Of a DNA stretch of 37,685 bases, positions 10,137 to 20,316 are shown piece by piece. The first letter of the stretch is position 1, and every line of letters begins with the position of its first letter. Origin of the DNA: a virus (lineage: Duplodnaviria; Caudoviricetes); IMG/VR virus record IMGVR_UViG_3300044806_000197, positions 1 through 37,685 of that record; one strand, 5' to 3'. Under the pieces are notes generated by a model that saw nothing but the letters and a program-made list of their open reading frames with translations, was not told the DNA's origin and did not search any database. The translations under genes were made by a program, and so were the position numbers.

Positions 10137-11138
10137 TCATGCGAACACCGCGAGCGCGCCCGCGACCCCCGCCGTGAAGCGTTTGGTAGATACGAATTGC
10201 AACTCGCCATTCCGCAAATTCTCATGGCCAAACCTGAACCCAGGCGAACGGATCACAGGCTTGTTCAGGGTCACAGGCACACTTGAATCACTTGGGTCAA
10301 CAATGGTCAGACTGTGCGTAGCCTGTTGCGCGGTCTGTAATGAACCCTGCGCCCACGATGCTCCATTGTCCCCGCCGATGCCGAGTAGATTGATGATCTG
10401 GCTCATGGTTGGTCCGGTTGGAACACAAGATGCCACGATCTCCATTCCGACAAGCTCAAAGTCCACGGTCAATCCCTGAATCTGTCGCTCTCTCCATTGC
10501 GGGTTAAAGCTGACAGTCCAGCCACCCTCTGGCCAAATCTCTGTGAAGCCAGTCTGTGCCCCGAGCGCGCCCTTGTAACGTCGTTGCAGGTAGGAAGGAA
10601 CACCAAGGAACGCCAGACCCGCATCGGCCTGGGCCTCGGCCACGTCGAGCAATGAATTAGCCAGACCAAGATTGATGTCTGCTGATGTTGTCTTGCAGAT
10701 GCCTGTGATGGTGCATTGCCCGAAGATCGGCTTGTCGGCTGAGAAGGTAAGCGAAGGCGGACTGGTGATGATCGCGTTATTGATCGTCACCAACTCGCCA
10801 TTGCTTGACCAGATTTGCAAGGTCAACTCACTCCCACCGCTGCCAAGATATTGTGTCCCGTAAAAACCATTTGTGAAGATGGATGGAATCAAAGCTGTCA
10901 TGGAATTGACCCTCGACACCGCAGCAGGCCCTGCACTTACAACCGCGTGCGGTGTGAAGCTCACCGTCACCTTGGGATTGATTATGAGCCTGTCCACTGC
11001 CGGCCCATGGAATGAGGACATAACATCCACCGCGCCGTCATCTATCTGTAACGAAATATCGTCAGGGGTGTAATAGGTGATCGAGTTATAGACCAGCTTG
11101 GCCGGCCCTTTGACGATGAGTGAGCGTGTGAGTCCCAT
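10137..11138 (-). CDS. Putative major tail (tube) protein
   Basis: 333 aa, beta-rich, N-terminal IVKGPAKLVY motif, follows neck genes. Confidence 0.6.
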   Translation of the reverse strand: MGLTRSLIVKGPAKLVYNSITYYTPDDISLQIDDGAVDVMSSFHGPAVDRLIINPKVTVSFTPHAVVSAGPAAVSRVNSMTALIPSIFTNGFYGTQYLGSGGSELTLQIWSSNGELVTINNAIITSPPSLTFSADKPIFGQCTITGICKTTSADINLGLANSLLDVAEAQADAGLAFLGVPSYLQRRYKGALGAQTGFTEIWPEGGWTVSFNPQWRERQIQGLTVDFELVGMEIVASCVPTGPTMSQIINLLGIGGDNGASWAQGSLQTAQQATHSLTIVDPSDSSVPVTLNKPVIRSPGFRFGHENLRNGELQFVSTKRFTAGVAGALAVFA

Positions 11139-11142
11139 ATTT

Positions 11143-11880
11143 TTATGTGGTTGTGGCTTGGATCATGTGCGACGGGGTTGACCCGTCCAGATAAGCGGCG
11201 GCGTTGATGACCGTCCCAACATCCACCGTGAAGCTGCCAGAATACAATACCGCGACTGGATTGCTTCGGCCTGGGAAGCTCTCGTCTAGGGTGTAGTATA
11301 TCTGCGCTCCTGAAGTCAGGCAAGTCAAGGTGATCACGCCGCTGTTCTCGGATATGACCGGCTGTTGCACCTTGACCGTCTGCGACCGCGATAAACGCAG
11401 CCGAAATTTGACCCGATAACCGTCAAGCGGTTGAAAGTCTTTGGCCGGGGACATAGCCTGACGGTCACAGAATATCTGACCAAACCCTTCCCACTGTTGC
11501 CAGTGCAGAGCATCCATGATGATCTGACAGATTTGATCGGCGGGAAGTCCAGTCCCTTCGCTGGGGGAATTGTTAGTGATCCTATCCTCTAGGACAAGAA
11601 GCTCGATTGTAATGTCACCCTCAGGGCCGGGAAGGTTTGGATGACCTACTTCAAATCCAGGCTTCTCTACAATGATGCCCGCGCCTACGCGCCCGCTGCG
11701 TGGGGTGATGTAAGCTAGAACCTCGGCGGCTAAAGTCTCATCGGGTAGCCGTGACTCGTCAGCTAAGAGCCTGTCCCGCGTAACGATGTTCACGTTGTCG
11801 AGCGCGTTGTAGCTGCTCAGATAATGCGCGACGAAGTTCTGAAACTTTACAAAGTCGGTGATCATTGGCCACCTCCCCAA
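11143..11880 (-). CDS. Putative tail terminator with C-terminal Fn3-associated / chitobiase C-terminal-like Ig domain
   Basis: Position; C-terminus ITLTCLTSGAQIYYTLDESFP..LYSGSFTV..TVINAAAY. Confidence 0.65.
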   Translation of the reverse strand: MGRWPMITDFVKFQNFVAHYLSSYNALDNVNIVTRDRLLADESRLPDETLAAEVLAYITPRSGRVGAGIIVEKPGFEVGHPNLPGPEGDITIELLVLEDRITNNSPSEGTGLPADQICQIIMDALHWQQWEGFGQIFCDRQAMSPAKDFQPLDGYRVKFRLRLSRSQTVKVQQPVISENSGVITLTCLTSGAQIYYTLDESFPGRSNPVAVLYSGSFTVDVGTVINAAAYLDGSTPSHMIQATTT

Positions 11881-12461
11881 TAGTTCACGATGGCTTCTGA
11901 GATTCCCTTTCCAACGTCATCAATCTTTTCAGCTATGCCGGTTCGGAATGGTGCTCGTTCGGGCATGACTATCTCGAATCGCTTCCCGCCTGCGTATGGG
12001 ACATTCAAGAACCGCTTGTGTTTGAGTTCGCCTTTCTTGTTCACCTTTTTACTAGCGAACCTGGCCACTCCTTTTAGCAGATTGCCTTTCGCATCAGTCC
12101 GGAGATGAACACTCCCGGCCAACTGCAAGCGTTTGATCGTGCCGCCGTATTCGTGGATACGGGCATACTTCACGTTACTGCCAATGTGCGATTCAACAGT
12201 GGTAGCAGTTCCTTCCGTTGTGGCATAAACAGAATTTGCTAGGCGACTCGTTACCCTTCCGAGTTCGTGGTTGGATGGGTCGGACGGGTGAGGCTGCGCG
12301 TTCAGATGTTGCGTTATGATGTGAGTCCTCAACCCGTCGTCACCAAGCATTTGATTATTCATCTCCTTGGTAATCGCCCGCATGAGCGCAGGCTGATTAC
12401 CCAGCCGCATCAAGAGCGCGGTGGCTTCGTTGCTGATTTTGACTTGAACGGCAACGCTCAT
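11862..12461 (-). CDS. Virion morphogenesis / tail completion protein (Mu gpG / HK97 gp10-like)
   Basis: TSRLANS..IGSNVKYARIHEYGG..MPERAPF. Confidence 0.8.
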   Translation of the reverse strand: MSVAVQVKISNEATALLMRLGNQPALMRAITKEMNNQMLGDDGLRTHIITQHLNAQPHPSDPSNHELGRVTSRLANSVYATTEGTATTVESHIGSNVKYARIHEYGGTIKRLQLAGSVHLRTDAKGNLLKGVARFASKKVNKKGELKHKRFLNVPYAGGKRFEIVMPERAPFRTGIAEKIDDVGKGISEAIVNYWGGGQ

Positions 12462-13084
12462 ACCATTTGATACCGCTGATACCGACGCAGGATGTCTGTC
12501 ACTTGGGGCAGGAGTTTGATTTCAGACAGTGAGCCTGTAACGAACTGAGACGCCCCACCAGTCGTCACAATGTCCTTACCAGTCTTGTCCACCGCCGACC
12601 ACGTTGCACGGCATTGCAAGAACCAGGCATGTTGAATATCGTATGGCAAGGCCGTTGCACCGACTGGTAATGAATCACTGCTTTCCTCTGTCTCGTCAAA
12701 CCAATAACCGCCCGTGTAAGTGAAGCGAAGCTGACAATACGCTTCGGCCACTAACGAACCCCAATAGATCAAGCCGCTGTCCTCGTTTAGATTCTGAATC
12801 AATCCGGTCTGCGTAACCCAGCCACTTGTCGTATCGGTCTTGAGTTCCACGGTCGAAACTGACTCAATCGGGTAGCGTTCGGCGTAAACCTGAATCCGGT
12901 CTGCGGTGCAAACTAATATCTCGTCTTCCACCCTTGAAAGTTTGCGGTCGCAGTAGCCATCGAAAGCCAAAGCCACACCACGCCCGATGCTTAGTAGTGA
13001 GGCATCGTAACGGGTCCCAGCGCGGAGTGCATCGGCCAATAACTGCGCTTTTAGGACGGCAAGACTTCCAAGGCCGGCGTTCAT
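12458..13084 (-). CDS. Head-tail connector (adaptor) protein
   Basis: LKAQL..FDGYCDRK..YPIESVS..FTYTGGY..LPYDIQHA..ILRRYQR; position after capsid. Confidence 0.75.
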   Translation of the reverse strand: MNAGLGSLAVLKAQLLADALRAGTRYDASLLSIGRGVALAFDGYCDRKLSRVEDEILVCTADRIQVYAERYPIESVSTVELKTDTTSGWVTQTGLIQNLNEDSGLIYWGSLVAEAYCQLRFTYTGGYWFDETEESSDSLPVGATALPYDIQHAWFLQCRATWSAVDKTGKDIVTTGGASQFVTGSLSEIKLLPQVTDILRRYQRYQMV

Positions 13085-13266
13085 TTCTTTTTACCGCGCA
13101 CAATTCGATCTTCGGGTTCAGGCGCTTCTTTGGGCCACACCTCGGCTACGGTGCAAAAGCCAGCTAGAGCTTCAGCCCGTTCCGGTGTGACGATCAATGA
13201 CTCACCCTGCACGATATAGATGCGCTGGGTTCGGTCGGCGGTAATTTTTACAGTGGGTTCACTCAT
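13081..13266 (-). CDS. Hypothetical protein
   Basis: 61 aa, ATGA-coupled on both sides. Confidence 0.6.
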   Translation of the reverse strand: MSEPTVKITADRTQRIYIVQGESLIVTPERAEALAGFCTVAEVWPKEAPEPEDRIVRGKKK

Positions 13267-14756
13267 TTGTATTCTCCGGTTATGTTCCTAATCAATCCGT
13301 TGGTTGTCGTCAAAGTTGCTGAAACGGGCGCTCCCTTCGCTGCCTGCCAGATGCCCGCCGAGTTCTGTGCTGTCACGCTGGCCGCCCCGACAATGAACGT
13401 TCCCGTATTACCCGCGAGATAAACGGAGTCACCAGCGACCAACGTGACGCCGTTAGCGCCTGAATTGGTGACACTCAGCATCTCGTAATTAGCAGGCGTG
13501 ACCGTCACAGTTCCAGAAAAGCAAGCTGGCTCGGCTGTTACGGGAAAGATGTAAACCGTATCCGCTGCGGCAATCGAAGTCGCCACGTCGCAGATGAATG
13601 ACTTGTCCAGAGCGTTAGCAGCAAAGGTCGTGGTCAAGGCTGTCGCGCTGGCCTCGTAAAGAACCTGGCCCGGATAAACCGCAACCCCAAATGTATGGCC
13701 CAAGGTGATGCTCTTGGTTGATTCTACCGTGTTCGTTGAAACAAGTTTGTTCTGCCAAGGGCTTTGGCCTGTCGGGTTCACAACGATATTTGTTCCGTCG
13801 CCCATCGCAGTGAGTGCATCGAGTAGGATGGTTGAGTCCCCTGCCTTGACCGGCTTTACCAAGGTGCGAGCGCCAGAGATAACCGTCACACGATCCCCAA
13901 CCGCAGTCGCAAACCCTGGCGCGACGGTCAAGGTGATGTTCGTGGTAGAAACCCCGGAAGTATCAATGATTCGCACCGCCGACAGTCCTCTGGTAGTTGA
14001 GATTAAAACAATGTCCGCCGCATCGAATCCGTTCGTTGTGGCCACGCACAGACTTAGACCGTCGTATGCGGTTATGTCCGCAATCGTGGTTGTGTTTGTC
14101 TTGGTGTAATAAACCGAGTCGCCAATCGCAGCCGGAGTCTCGGCCAAGTCTCTCAATGAATAACGGAAACGGTCTGCCGTCGCCACGCTGGACACGGTGT
14201 TCGTCAGAAGCCCTTTACCTCCCTGATTCAGAACCACAATGTCGCTACCTGCCAATCCAGTAACGCTGTCCACGAACAGAACCGTAGCCGAATCACTCGC
14301 AACGGCTTGCACCGTGTAAGGAACGGTCAATCTTTCCCGCACCTTATCCCCAACGGCAAGATTCGTCCCAATCACGTTCTGCACGGTGATGGTCTTGTTC
14401 GTCTGGTAAACATTCGTCTGCACAGTCGCTGCCCCTACCGCTCCCGCCGCGCCTTGAACCAGCAGAACATCATTGCTGGAGAACGTCACCCCCGTCTTGG
14501 CAAAGACCAGGTTGCTTGACGTGGACGTGGCCGATTTCAGCAATGGCAATCGAGTCGTGCCGGATTTGAGCGTCAGCTTGTCCGCTCCCTGAGAGCCGGT
14601 AAGATCGTAAGATACAATCCGATTGTTGTAGGCTTCCGAGCCTGAGAAATACACGACTGGATTATTTGTGCCAGTGCTGGATTGATTGACAAGGCCCGGC
14701 TGTGCCGATACGCTGACGGCCACCAAGAGGGCCAGACTTAGAAGCAGGTTTTTCAT
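13263..14756 (-). CDS. 497-aa Thr/Val-rich beta protein with signal peptide; candidate capsid decoration or head fibre
   Basis: MKNLLLSLALLVAVSVSA-Q; repeated (AV/AI/VA)GD.V.. units; directly after the capsid gene. Confidence 0.65.
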   Translation of the reverse strand: MKNLLLSLALLVAVSVSAQPGLVNQSSTGTNNPVVYFSGSEAYNNRIVSYDLTGSQGADKLTLKSGTTRLPLLKSATSTSSNLVFAKTGVTFSSNDVLLVQGAAGAVGAATVQTNVYQTNKTITVQNVIGTNLAVGDKVRERLTVPYTVQAVASDSATVLFVDSVTGLAGSDIVVLNQGGKGLLTNTVSSVATADRFRYSLRDLAETPAAIGDSVYYTKTNTTTIADITAYDGLSLCVATTNGFDAADIVLISTTRGLSAVRIIDTSGVSTTNITLTVAPGFATAVGDRVTVISGARTLVKPVKAGDSTILLDALTAMGDGTNIVVNPTGQSPWQNKLVSTNTVESTKSITLGHTFGVAVYPGQVLYEASATALTTTFAANALDKSFICDVATSIAAADTVYIFPVTAEPACFSGTVTVTPANYEMLSVTNSGANGVTLVAGDSVYLAGNTGTFIVGAASVTAQNSAGIWQAAKGAPVSATLTTTNGLIRNITGEYK

Positions 14757-14781
14757 ATTAGAAATTCAGAAAGTAAAGTTT

Positions 14782-14815
14782 CAACAAAGGGGTGGGACAT
14801 TATGCGTCCCACCCC
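14782..14815 (-). terminator. Probable intrinsic terminator / attenuator after the major capsid gene
   Basis: Minus strand GGGGTGGGAC-GCATAAT-GTCCCACCCC then TTTGTTG; perfect 10-bp stem, weak U tract. Confidence 0.6.
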
Positions 14816-14832
14816 ATACCAACCCATACCGA

Positions 14833-16155
14833 TTAACCGAGGGTCAACACCGTGAGCGGCTTGAAGCCAGCCGGGTTGCCTGTGGGAACGCGGGTCTTGA
14901 TGCCAGCCCGCATGATGGTGCGGAAGCCAATCTGGTTTTCCGCGAACTTGATGTGCTCGCTCTGTGCAAGCTCAATGTCAGAACGGATACCAACGACTTG
15001 CGACATCGGATCACCGAAGACCGCAACCTTCGCGCCCGTGCTGTCCGTGGACGGGGCCGCCGTCACCGGCACAACCGGATAACCGAAGATGCTGCCGATG
15101 GTCGAGGACGGGGTTTCCAGAGCAGTCTGGAAGATCGGACGCCCGTTGCTGTCCACGATGAGCGCGACCTTAGCCCGAATCTGCGGGTGCATCCACCATT
15201 TGCAGGCCCGCTTGAGGACGCCAACCGATACGGTGGTGAGACACTTTTCCCAATCCGCCAGGGTGGTGGTTGCCACCGTAGTATGACCTGTCGCCGTGCT
15301 CGCCAATCCAGTGTGAACCGAGGCCACAAGCTGGAAGATACCGTATTGACCAGCATCCGTCGCATCTGCCGTGCCGTCGCCGTTGAACGCCGTCTCATCG
15401 AGCAACTGAGCAACCGACATGGCCAAGTCACGAACGATGACCGAGGACATATCAATCGTGCTGTCCGCCAACTGTTCGCGTGAAGCGTAGAGGATCACGC
15501 CCAGGGTCTGAATGGCCAATGTAACCGCCGAGCCAGTGTAATCAGCAGCGGCAATCGCCGTGCCTTCCGTAGCCGCAGCACCAGCGCCATACCAAGCCGC
15601 TGCCGGGCGAGCCGAGATAAGCGGTAGGCTGTTCGTGCGAGCACCAACCCGCATCACGTTCAGGGTGTTGTAGTCGCCGTATTCCGCGAGCACAGAATAC
15701 ATTTCGGTCATGTATTCGGTTGGGATGAGAGCCGAACCGAGCGAGCTGTCCACGCCGGTCAAAGCCTTTTCCAAGTGTTCCGGCAACTTCGCGTTCGGAA
15801 AAGCCAAGCGGCGAGCCAGACCGTTGAAGAAATTCCGTTTCTCCGGGTCACTGAGGAAGCGTTCGACGGGATCGCCAAACGACAAACGCGCTTCCCGGCG
15901 CGTGAGTGCATCAAGAGACGCCAAACTTTTTGTGATGGCCTTCACTTCCGAATCCAGACCATTCGCCGTGTTCTTCAGCTTGGTCAGGTCTTCCATACCC
16001 GCTTTGATTTCCTTGGGCCAACGGGATTGATCGGCAATGATCTGTTCCGCAGGGGTCAGGCTCTTGAGCGTGGCGATTTCTTTCTGGGCGGCTTCGAGTC
16101 CGCCGAGCACGGTGTTCTGGAAATCCAGTTCCGTCATGGGTTCATTCAATTTCAT
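14833..16155 (-). CDS. Major capsid protein, HK97 fold
   Basis: Coiled-coil delta domain; LIPTEY, SREQLADS, FNGDGT, WWMHP, DSNGRPIF, IFGYPVV, VFGD, FAENQIGFR. Confidence 0.95.
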   Translation of the reverse strand: MKLNEPMTELDFQNTVLGGLEAAQKEIATLKSLTPAEQIIADQSRWPKEIKAGMEDLTKLKNTANGLDSEVKAITKSLASLDALTRREARLSFGDPVERFLSDPEKRNFFNGLARRLAFPNAKLPEHLEKALTGVDSSLGSALIPTEYMTEMYSVLAEYGDYNTLNVMRVGARTNSLPLISARPAAAWYGAGAAATEGTAIAAADYTGSAVTLAIQTLGVILYASREQLADSTIDMSSVIVRDLAMSVAQLLDETAFNGDGTADATDAGQYGIFQLVASVHTGLASTATGHTTVATTTLADWEKCLTTVSVGVLKRACKWWMHPQIRAKVALIVDSNGRPIFQTALETPSSTIGSIFGYPVVPVTAAPSTDSTGAKVAVFGDPMSQVVGIRSDIELAQSEHIKFAENQIGFRTIMRAGIKTRVPTGNPAGFKPLTVLTLG

Positions 16156-16835
16156 ATTGTTTTGATAGTTCGTTGCAGTTTTTCAAGGAAGACCACTCGC
16201 TGACGGGCGCGTTGTTCATTGGCTTGCTCGCCCTGGATGGCCGATGAACCGCTGTTGCGTTTGGCATACTCCCCTGAAATCAAATCAAGGTCCGCGTCAC
16301 TCAAGACCCCGGCCTTGTAGCTCTTGGCCAGTGCGTTTGGGTTCGCGCCAATGACCACGGCTGAAAGTTCAATCTGCTCTTGCTCGGTGTAGATCGCCCG
16401 CACCGGAGCGTTGTCGGGCATCCCCATGTCCTTCAGATTCTCATTGAAAGACTTGGGGTCTGAGTGCGGGGTTAATGTCTTGATCGGCCAGAATCCAACT
16501 GACACAGCTTTTAGATAGCCCGCCTCGGTCATCTTCCAACCAAGCTGGGCCACCTTGTTCTCAGCCACGTCAATCGCCCACTTGACCGTCTCCACGAGTT
16601 GCTTTCCAACAACCCGGAAGTCTATAACCTTGCCAAGCATGTTCTCAATCCGGCTGTATTCGTGAGAGTCAACAAATGGGGCGTTCTTGGCGAAGTGGTT
16701 GAAGCGCCAGCCATTGGCCCGTATCACTTCGTGGTAAGAGTCCAAGGTTTCATCGGAGGCGACGTATTCCACCAGCCCTTGCTTGGAATCCAGCACCCTG
16801 ATTTCAGGGTGTATGGTGCGAATGAGTTTTTGCAT
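16152..16835 (-). CDS. Prohead protease (HK97 type)
   Basis: ASDETLDSYHEVI..GW, SH, GYLKAVSVGF, ELSAVVIGANPNAL; start moved to MQKLIR. Confidence 0.9.
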   Translation of the reverse strand: MQKLIRTIHPEIRVLDSKQGLVEYVASDETLDSYHEVIRANGWRFNHFAKNAPFVDSHEYSRIENMLGKVIDFRVVGKQLVETVKWAIDVAENKVAQLGWKMTEAGYLKAVSVGFWPIKTLTPHSDPKSFNENLKDMGMPDNAPVRAIYTEQEQIELSAVVIGANPNALAKSYKAGVLSDADLDLISGEYAKRNSGSSAIQGEQANEQRARQRVVFLEKLQRTIKTI

Positions 16836-16903
16836 ATCAGAGCCTAGTACATTCAATGTCTAACACATTGGACACGTTATGTCCAACGCTAGATAGAAAA
16901 ATA

Positions 16904-19078
16904 TCAAACATCGGTTGCGACCTTGGTTGCGACACATAGGCAAAAGCAGTTGATGACATTCCACGGCTGGCCGTTCACGTCACTTGGATGCCGGATGTAA
17001 TCAACTTCGCCCGTGTCTGGATTCTCCACGATGAACTTGTCTTGAAATGGTATTGTCTCGCCCTCCATCGCTTGGTGCGCCGGCCTGACGTTGTTGTTGC
17101 GACTGGTCAACCAGCGTTTTCCGCTGACCCCTACTTGTTCCATTGCGGCGTGGTTTGCTGCGCCATAGGCTGCGCTTGTCTCGGTCTGTGCTATCACGCG
17201 GGCGCGACCCTTGGAGATGTCGTTAAACTCAGACCTGACCCGCTTGGCGATGTCCGCCATGCTATCACCTTCCGTGATGCCTTCCTGTATTGCACCGGAT
17301 ACCTGCTTGAATATGTCGGTTGGGACGTTTGAGAGCTTATTTTCACGATCACTGAAGAACGCGAGCGCCTTTGGGTTGGGCATTGTCCACGGGTCTTGGA
17401 TGCCAAGCGAGGCCAGGACCTGCTCGCCACCAGCTTGCAGCGCGTCGGCTGCGACCGCCTTCATCGCGGAATTGAATGACGACGTGAAATTGTTCAGATC
17501 GAACATGTAATGGTCGGCCATGGCCTTGCCAGCAATGCCCTTCGCAGCGGACGCAATCAACTTGCCCAACACCGTGCGCCTGGCTTCCATCAAAACCCGG
17601 TTGAATTTGGATTCGTAAGCCCGGAGCGTGGCTCGGCGCGGTGCCATCATGGTCTTCCATAGTCGGGTATCCTTTGAGTCGGTTGCTTTGATTTCCAGAT
17701 CGTTCCAGTCAACAGAACACGAACAAGGCGCGGACACTGGTCGGCTAAGTTTCCGCCTCTTGAACGCTTCCTCGACAATCTGAGCCGGGGTCGGCGGGGT
17801 CTGGTCTTCACTCAGTGCCGGGTCTTGCGTCGAGTCTGCTAAAGGGTCATAGGGTGATGCACTGAACGGCATAAACCCAACATCGCTCCCGGCGTATTGT
17901 GGCAAGTCCAGATTCAGGTAGTCACTCACTTCATCCATCGGCATGCCCGTGTTCCAGAGCTTGATCGCAGCATCAATCCGTTCCCGTCTGACTTGTTGCA
18001 TTGTGGAATGATCATCCCAATCAAGCTCGCCTTTGACGGGTTGGTTGATGATCTTCTCGGAGATTCGAGACAAGGTTGCGGTGATCTTGCACCCTAACGG
18101 TTTGCAAGTTTCCTCAATAAGAATGTATCGGTCACTTGCTGCCCCAACTGAGTAGGACGCGACTGGATCAAAGAAGCTAGGCGGGACACCAAACGCAACA
18201 GCAATCTCTTGCCTGGCTGCGGTGCGCTGGGCCACGAACGCCGCATCCACGGCCCGCACCTTAGGGTCTTCAATCGTGATGTCTCCTGTCAGGAACACGG
18301 GCCGGAAGATGCCACGTTGCTGCGCTGCCCGCTTCTCTCGCAACTGCGAAATGATTTGCTCTCGTTGTCTCTGGTCAAGTAAGCCCTGCTTGGCCACAAC
18401 AAACACCCCTTGATCGCCATTAGCCTCTGCCGTGTTCTTGGCATATACGCCAGCGGCGTAATCCCCCTCAGCCGCAATCATGGCCGCTTGTAACGGGGCA
18501 AGCCCTCGATAGTCGTTATACGGATTGAACAGCTTCATCTGGTGAACCTGCTCAAGTGGGAAGTTGTGTTTCATCCCTGCCCCGTCTGTCAGTTCCCAAC
18601 CCATCAAGCGGATACCAGACACCAAGGGCCGCATCCTATCGGGTCTGGCTATGATTAACGGAGTGAACCCGCCAAACTCAGCCACCTCGGGGAATGGGAC
18701 TGACCAGGTATCGTCGCGTAACAGGAACGCTTCACCGGATAGTTGAAGCCACTTGGCGCAGATTTCCAGAAAGTCAGATTGGGATATGCGTGTCCCGTCC
18801 ACGTTCAAGGCCGGCGCTCGCCAAAACTCGTCAAGCTGCGGGTTCTCGATTTCTTCATCCTTCATGTCCAACCAACACAACTCAACCGCAGAGATTGGCC
18901 CGGCCACCTTATTGATCGCAGCATAAACCCAAGCGCTGTTTGCGTATGGATTCTCTAGTCCGTTAGGCTGTCCTTCGATGGACGGGATATGATCGAACCA
19001 AGCGGCGGGCAGTCCAGTCCCCTTGATAGCATGGGACACAGCTTGTCTTACCCTAAGCAAAAAAGAGGGAGGCTTCAT
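16904..19078 (-). CDS. Portal protein fused to a Mu gpF-like head morphogenesis domain
   Basis: VYAAINKVA, LSGEAF, RPDRM, RGLAPL, EIAVAFGVPP; C-terminal RARVIAQTET..KRWLT..VRPAH..INCFC. Confidence 0.9.
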   Translation of the reverse strand: MKPPSFLLRVRQAVSHAIKGTGLPAAWFDHIPSIEGQPNGLENPYANSAWVYAAINKVAGPISAVELCWLDMKDEEIENPQLDEFWRAPALNVDGTRISQSDFLEICAKWLQLSGEAFLLRDDTWSVPFPEVAEFGGFTPLIIARPDRMRPLVSGIRLMGWELTDGAGMKHNFPLEQVHQMKLFNPYNDYRGLAPLQAAMIAAEGDYAAGVYAKNTAEANGDQGVFVVAKQGLLDQRQREQIISQLREKRAAQQRGIFRPVFLTGDITIEDPKVRAVDAAFVAQRTAARQEIAVAFGVPPSFFDPVASYSVGAASDRYILIEETCKPLGCKITATLSRISEKIINQPVKGELDWDDHSTMQQVRRERIDAAIKLWNTGMPMDEVSDYLNLDLPQYAGSDVGFMPFSASPYDPLADSTQDPALSEDQTPPTPAQIVEEAFKRRKLSRPVSAPCSCSVDWNDLEIKATDSKDTRLWKTMMAPRRATLRAYESKFNRVLMEARRTVLGKLIASAAKGIAGKAMADHYMFDLNNFTSSFNSAMKAVAADALQAGGEQVLASLGIQDPWTMPNPKALAFFSDRENKLSNVPTDIFKQVSGAIQEGITEGDSMADIAKRVRSEFNDISKGRARVIAQTETSAAYGAANHAAMEQVGVSGKRWLTSRNNNVRPAHQAMEGETIPFQDKFIVENPDTGEVDYIRHPSDVNGQPWNVINCFCLCVATKVATDV

Positions 19079-20316
19079 ATTAGCTCACACGTAGGGGCAT
19101 TATGAATCGTCAGCATCTTCATGCCTGAAGTAGCAGCGTCAACGATGTCATCATGTGCACCATCGGGGAAAGATGCCAACTCGTCAAGAAATACTTTATT
19201 CCAGTCCCCTCTAACGATAGCGAACTTGCCTTGCTCGGCTCTGGCCAGTAGTGGAAGGGCACGATTGATCTTGTCAGTGCTGACTTGGATTGGGAAGAAA
19301 GCGTAGCCAGATAGCATAGGGTCAGCGAGTAGGGTCTGAAGCATACCGACCTGAGCCGCTACCACCTCAATACCAGCCCTAACGTCTGGCCCGTCCAGTC
19401 TTGCGGTATGAGCTATCAATCTGACCACGGCTGGCCATTCCATCCGCCCGTGAATCAAATCTGCTAGGATCACTGTCCCATCGTCAGCAATGCCCACTCT
19501 AGCCCCGGCTGTAAAGTCGCTTGTGGTCTTGACCGTAAAGGCCAAGTCCCAGGCCCGCACCCATTGAATACCGGTCGGTTCAGAATCGAGGATACGAACA
19601 TCCTCCCGCTTGAACAGTGCCCCGGCCAACTGGACAAACTCGGCGTCTATTTCTTGGCGGGCCACAAGTGCAGGCATGTCCAGCTTTAGAGCCTCGATCT
19701 CATCTGGTTCAATGGTTGGGTTGTCTTTGGTTGAGAAGTGGAATGAGGCCCAATCCTTTTCCCCATCCCGGCCACGATTGAACAGGGTATTGAAGAAGTT
19801 GTATCCCTTAGGGGTGGAGATGAACCATGCATCACCCTTCCTGTCCATGAGTGAAGGTCTGACGCATTGCTCCCATATCTCTTGAATCTTCTGGACGTGG
19901 GCCGCTTCATCAAATACCACGAAGTCAATTCCTTCCCCTCGTAGAGAGTCTGGTTCTTCTGCTGACCTGAATTGAAGCCAAGCCCCGCCAATGGCTGAGA
20001 AGTCGAACTGCCGACGCTGTAAGTGCATGGTCACGCCTGGAATCTGCTGGGCTAGGCTGACGCATGTATTCCAACCTGATTGGAACGAATCAGATGCGTA
20101 GGACGGAGCAAGCCAGCGACACTTCAAACCGCGACTTGCCCGGATGAAAGCCTCACTGACCCCGAGGATGCCTTTTCCGAATCTTCTTCCCGCCGCAATA
20201 ACTTTGAACCTAGCTCCGCCTTCCAAGACAGATATCTGGGCGGGGTGTAAGCGCGGAAGTCCTATCAGCCTAATTCCAGTTGCTATGTTGTGGTCGTTGG
20301 CGTATGCTTTACGCAT
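19075..20316 (-). CDS. terL: Terminase large subunit
   Basis: HPAQ, Walker A AAGRRFGK, LRGEG..VVFDEAA, ISTPKG, RQEIDAEF, RAWDLA, FPDGAHDDIVDA; start moved to ATG 20316. Confidence 0.93.
   Translation of the reverse strand: MRKAYANDHNIATGIRLIGLPRLHPAQISVLEGGARFKVIAAGRRFGKGILGVSEAFIRASRGLKCRWLAPSYASDSFQSGWNTCVSLAQQIPGVTMHLQRRQFDFSAIGGAWLQFRSAEEPDSLRGEGIDFVVFDEAAHVQKIQEIWEQCVRPSLMDRKGDAWFISTPKGYNFFNTLFNRGRDGEKDWASFHFSTKDNPTIEPDEIEALKLDMPALVARQEIDAEFVQLAGALFKREDVRILDSEPTGIQWVRAWDLAFTVKTTSDFTAGARVGIADDGTVILADLIHGRMEWPAVVRLIAHTARLDGPDVRAGIEVVAAQVGMLQTLLADPMLSGYAFFPIQVSTDKINRALPLLARAEQGKFAIVRGDWNKVFLDELASFPDGAHDDIVDAATSGMKMLTIHNAPTCELI

Noticed and set aside
14686-15483. 265-aa plus-strand ORF and similar antisense ORFs across the structural arm
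   Set aside because: Shadow frames of well-supported minus-strand genes, with no motifs
16904-19078. Portal-MuF fusion as a novelty
   Set aside because: Such fusions are already known in tailed phages, and no toxin extension is present
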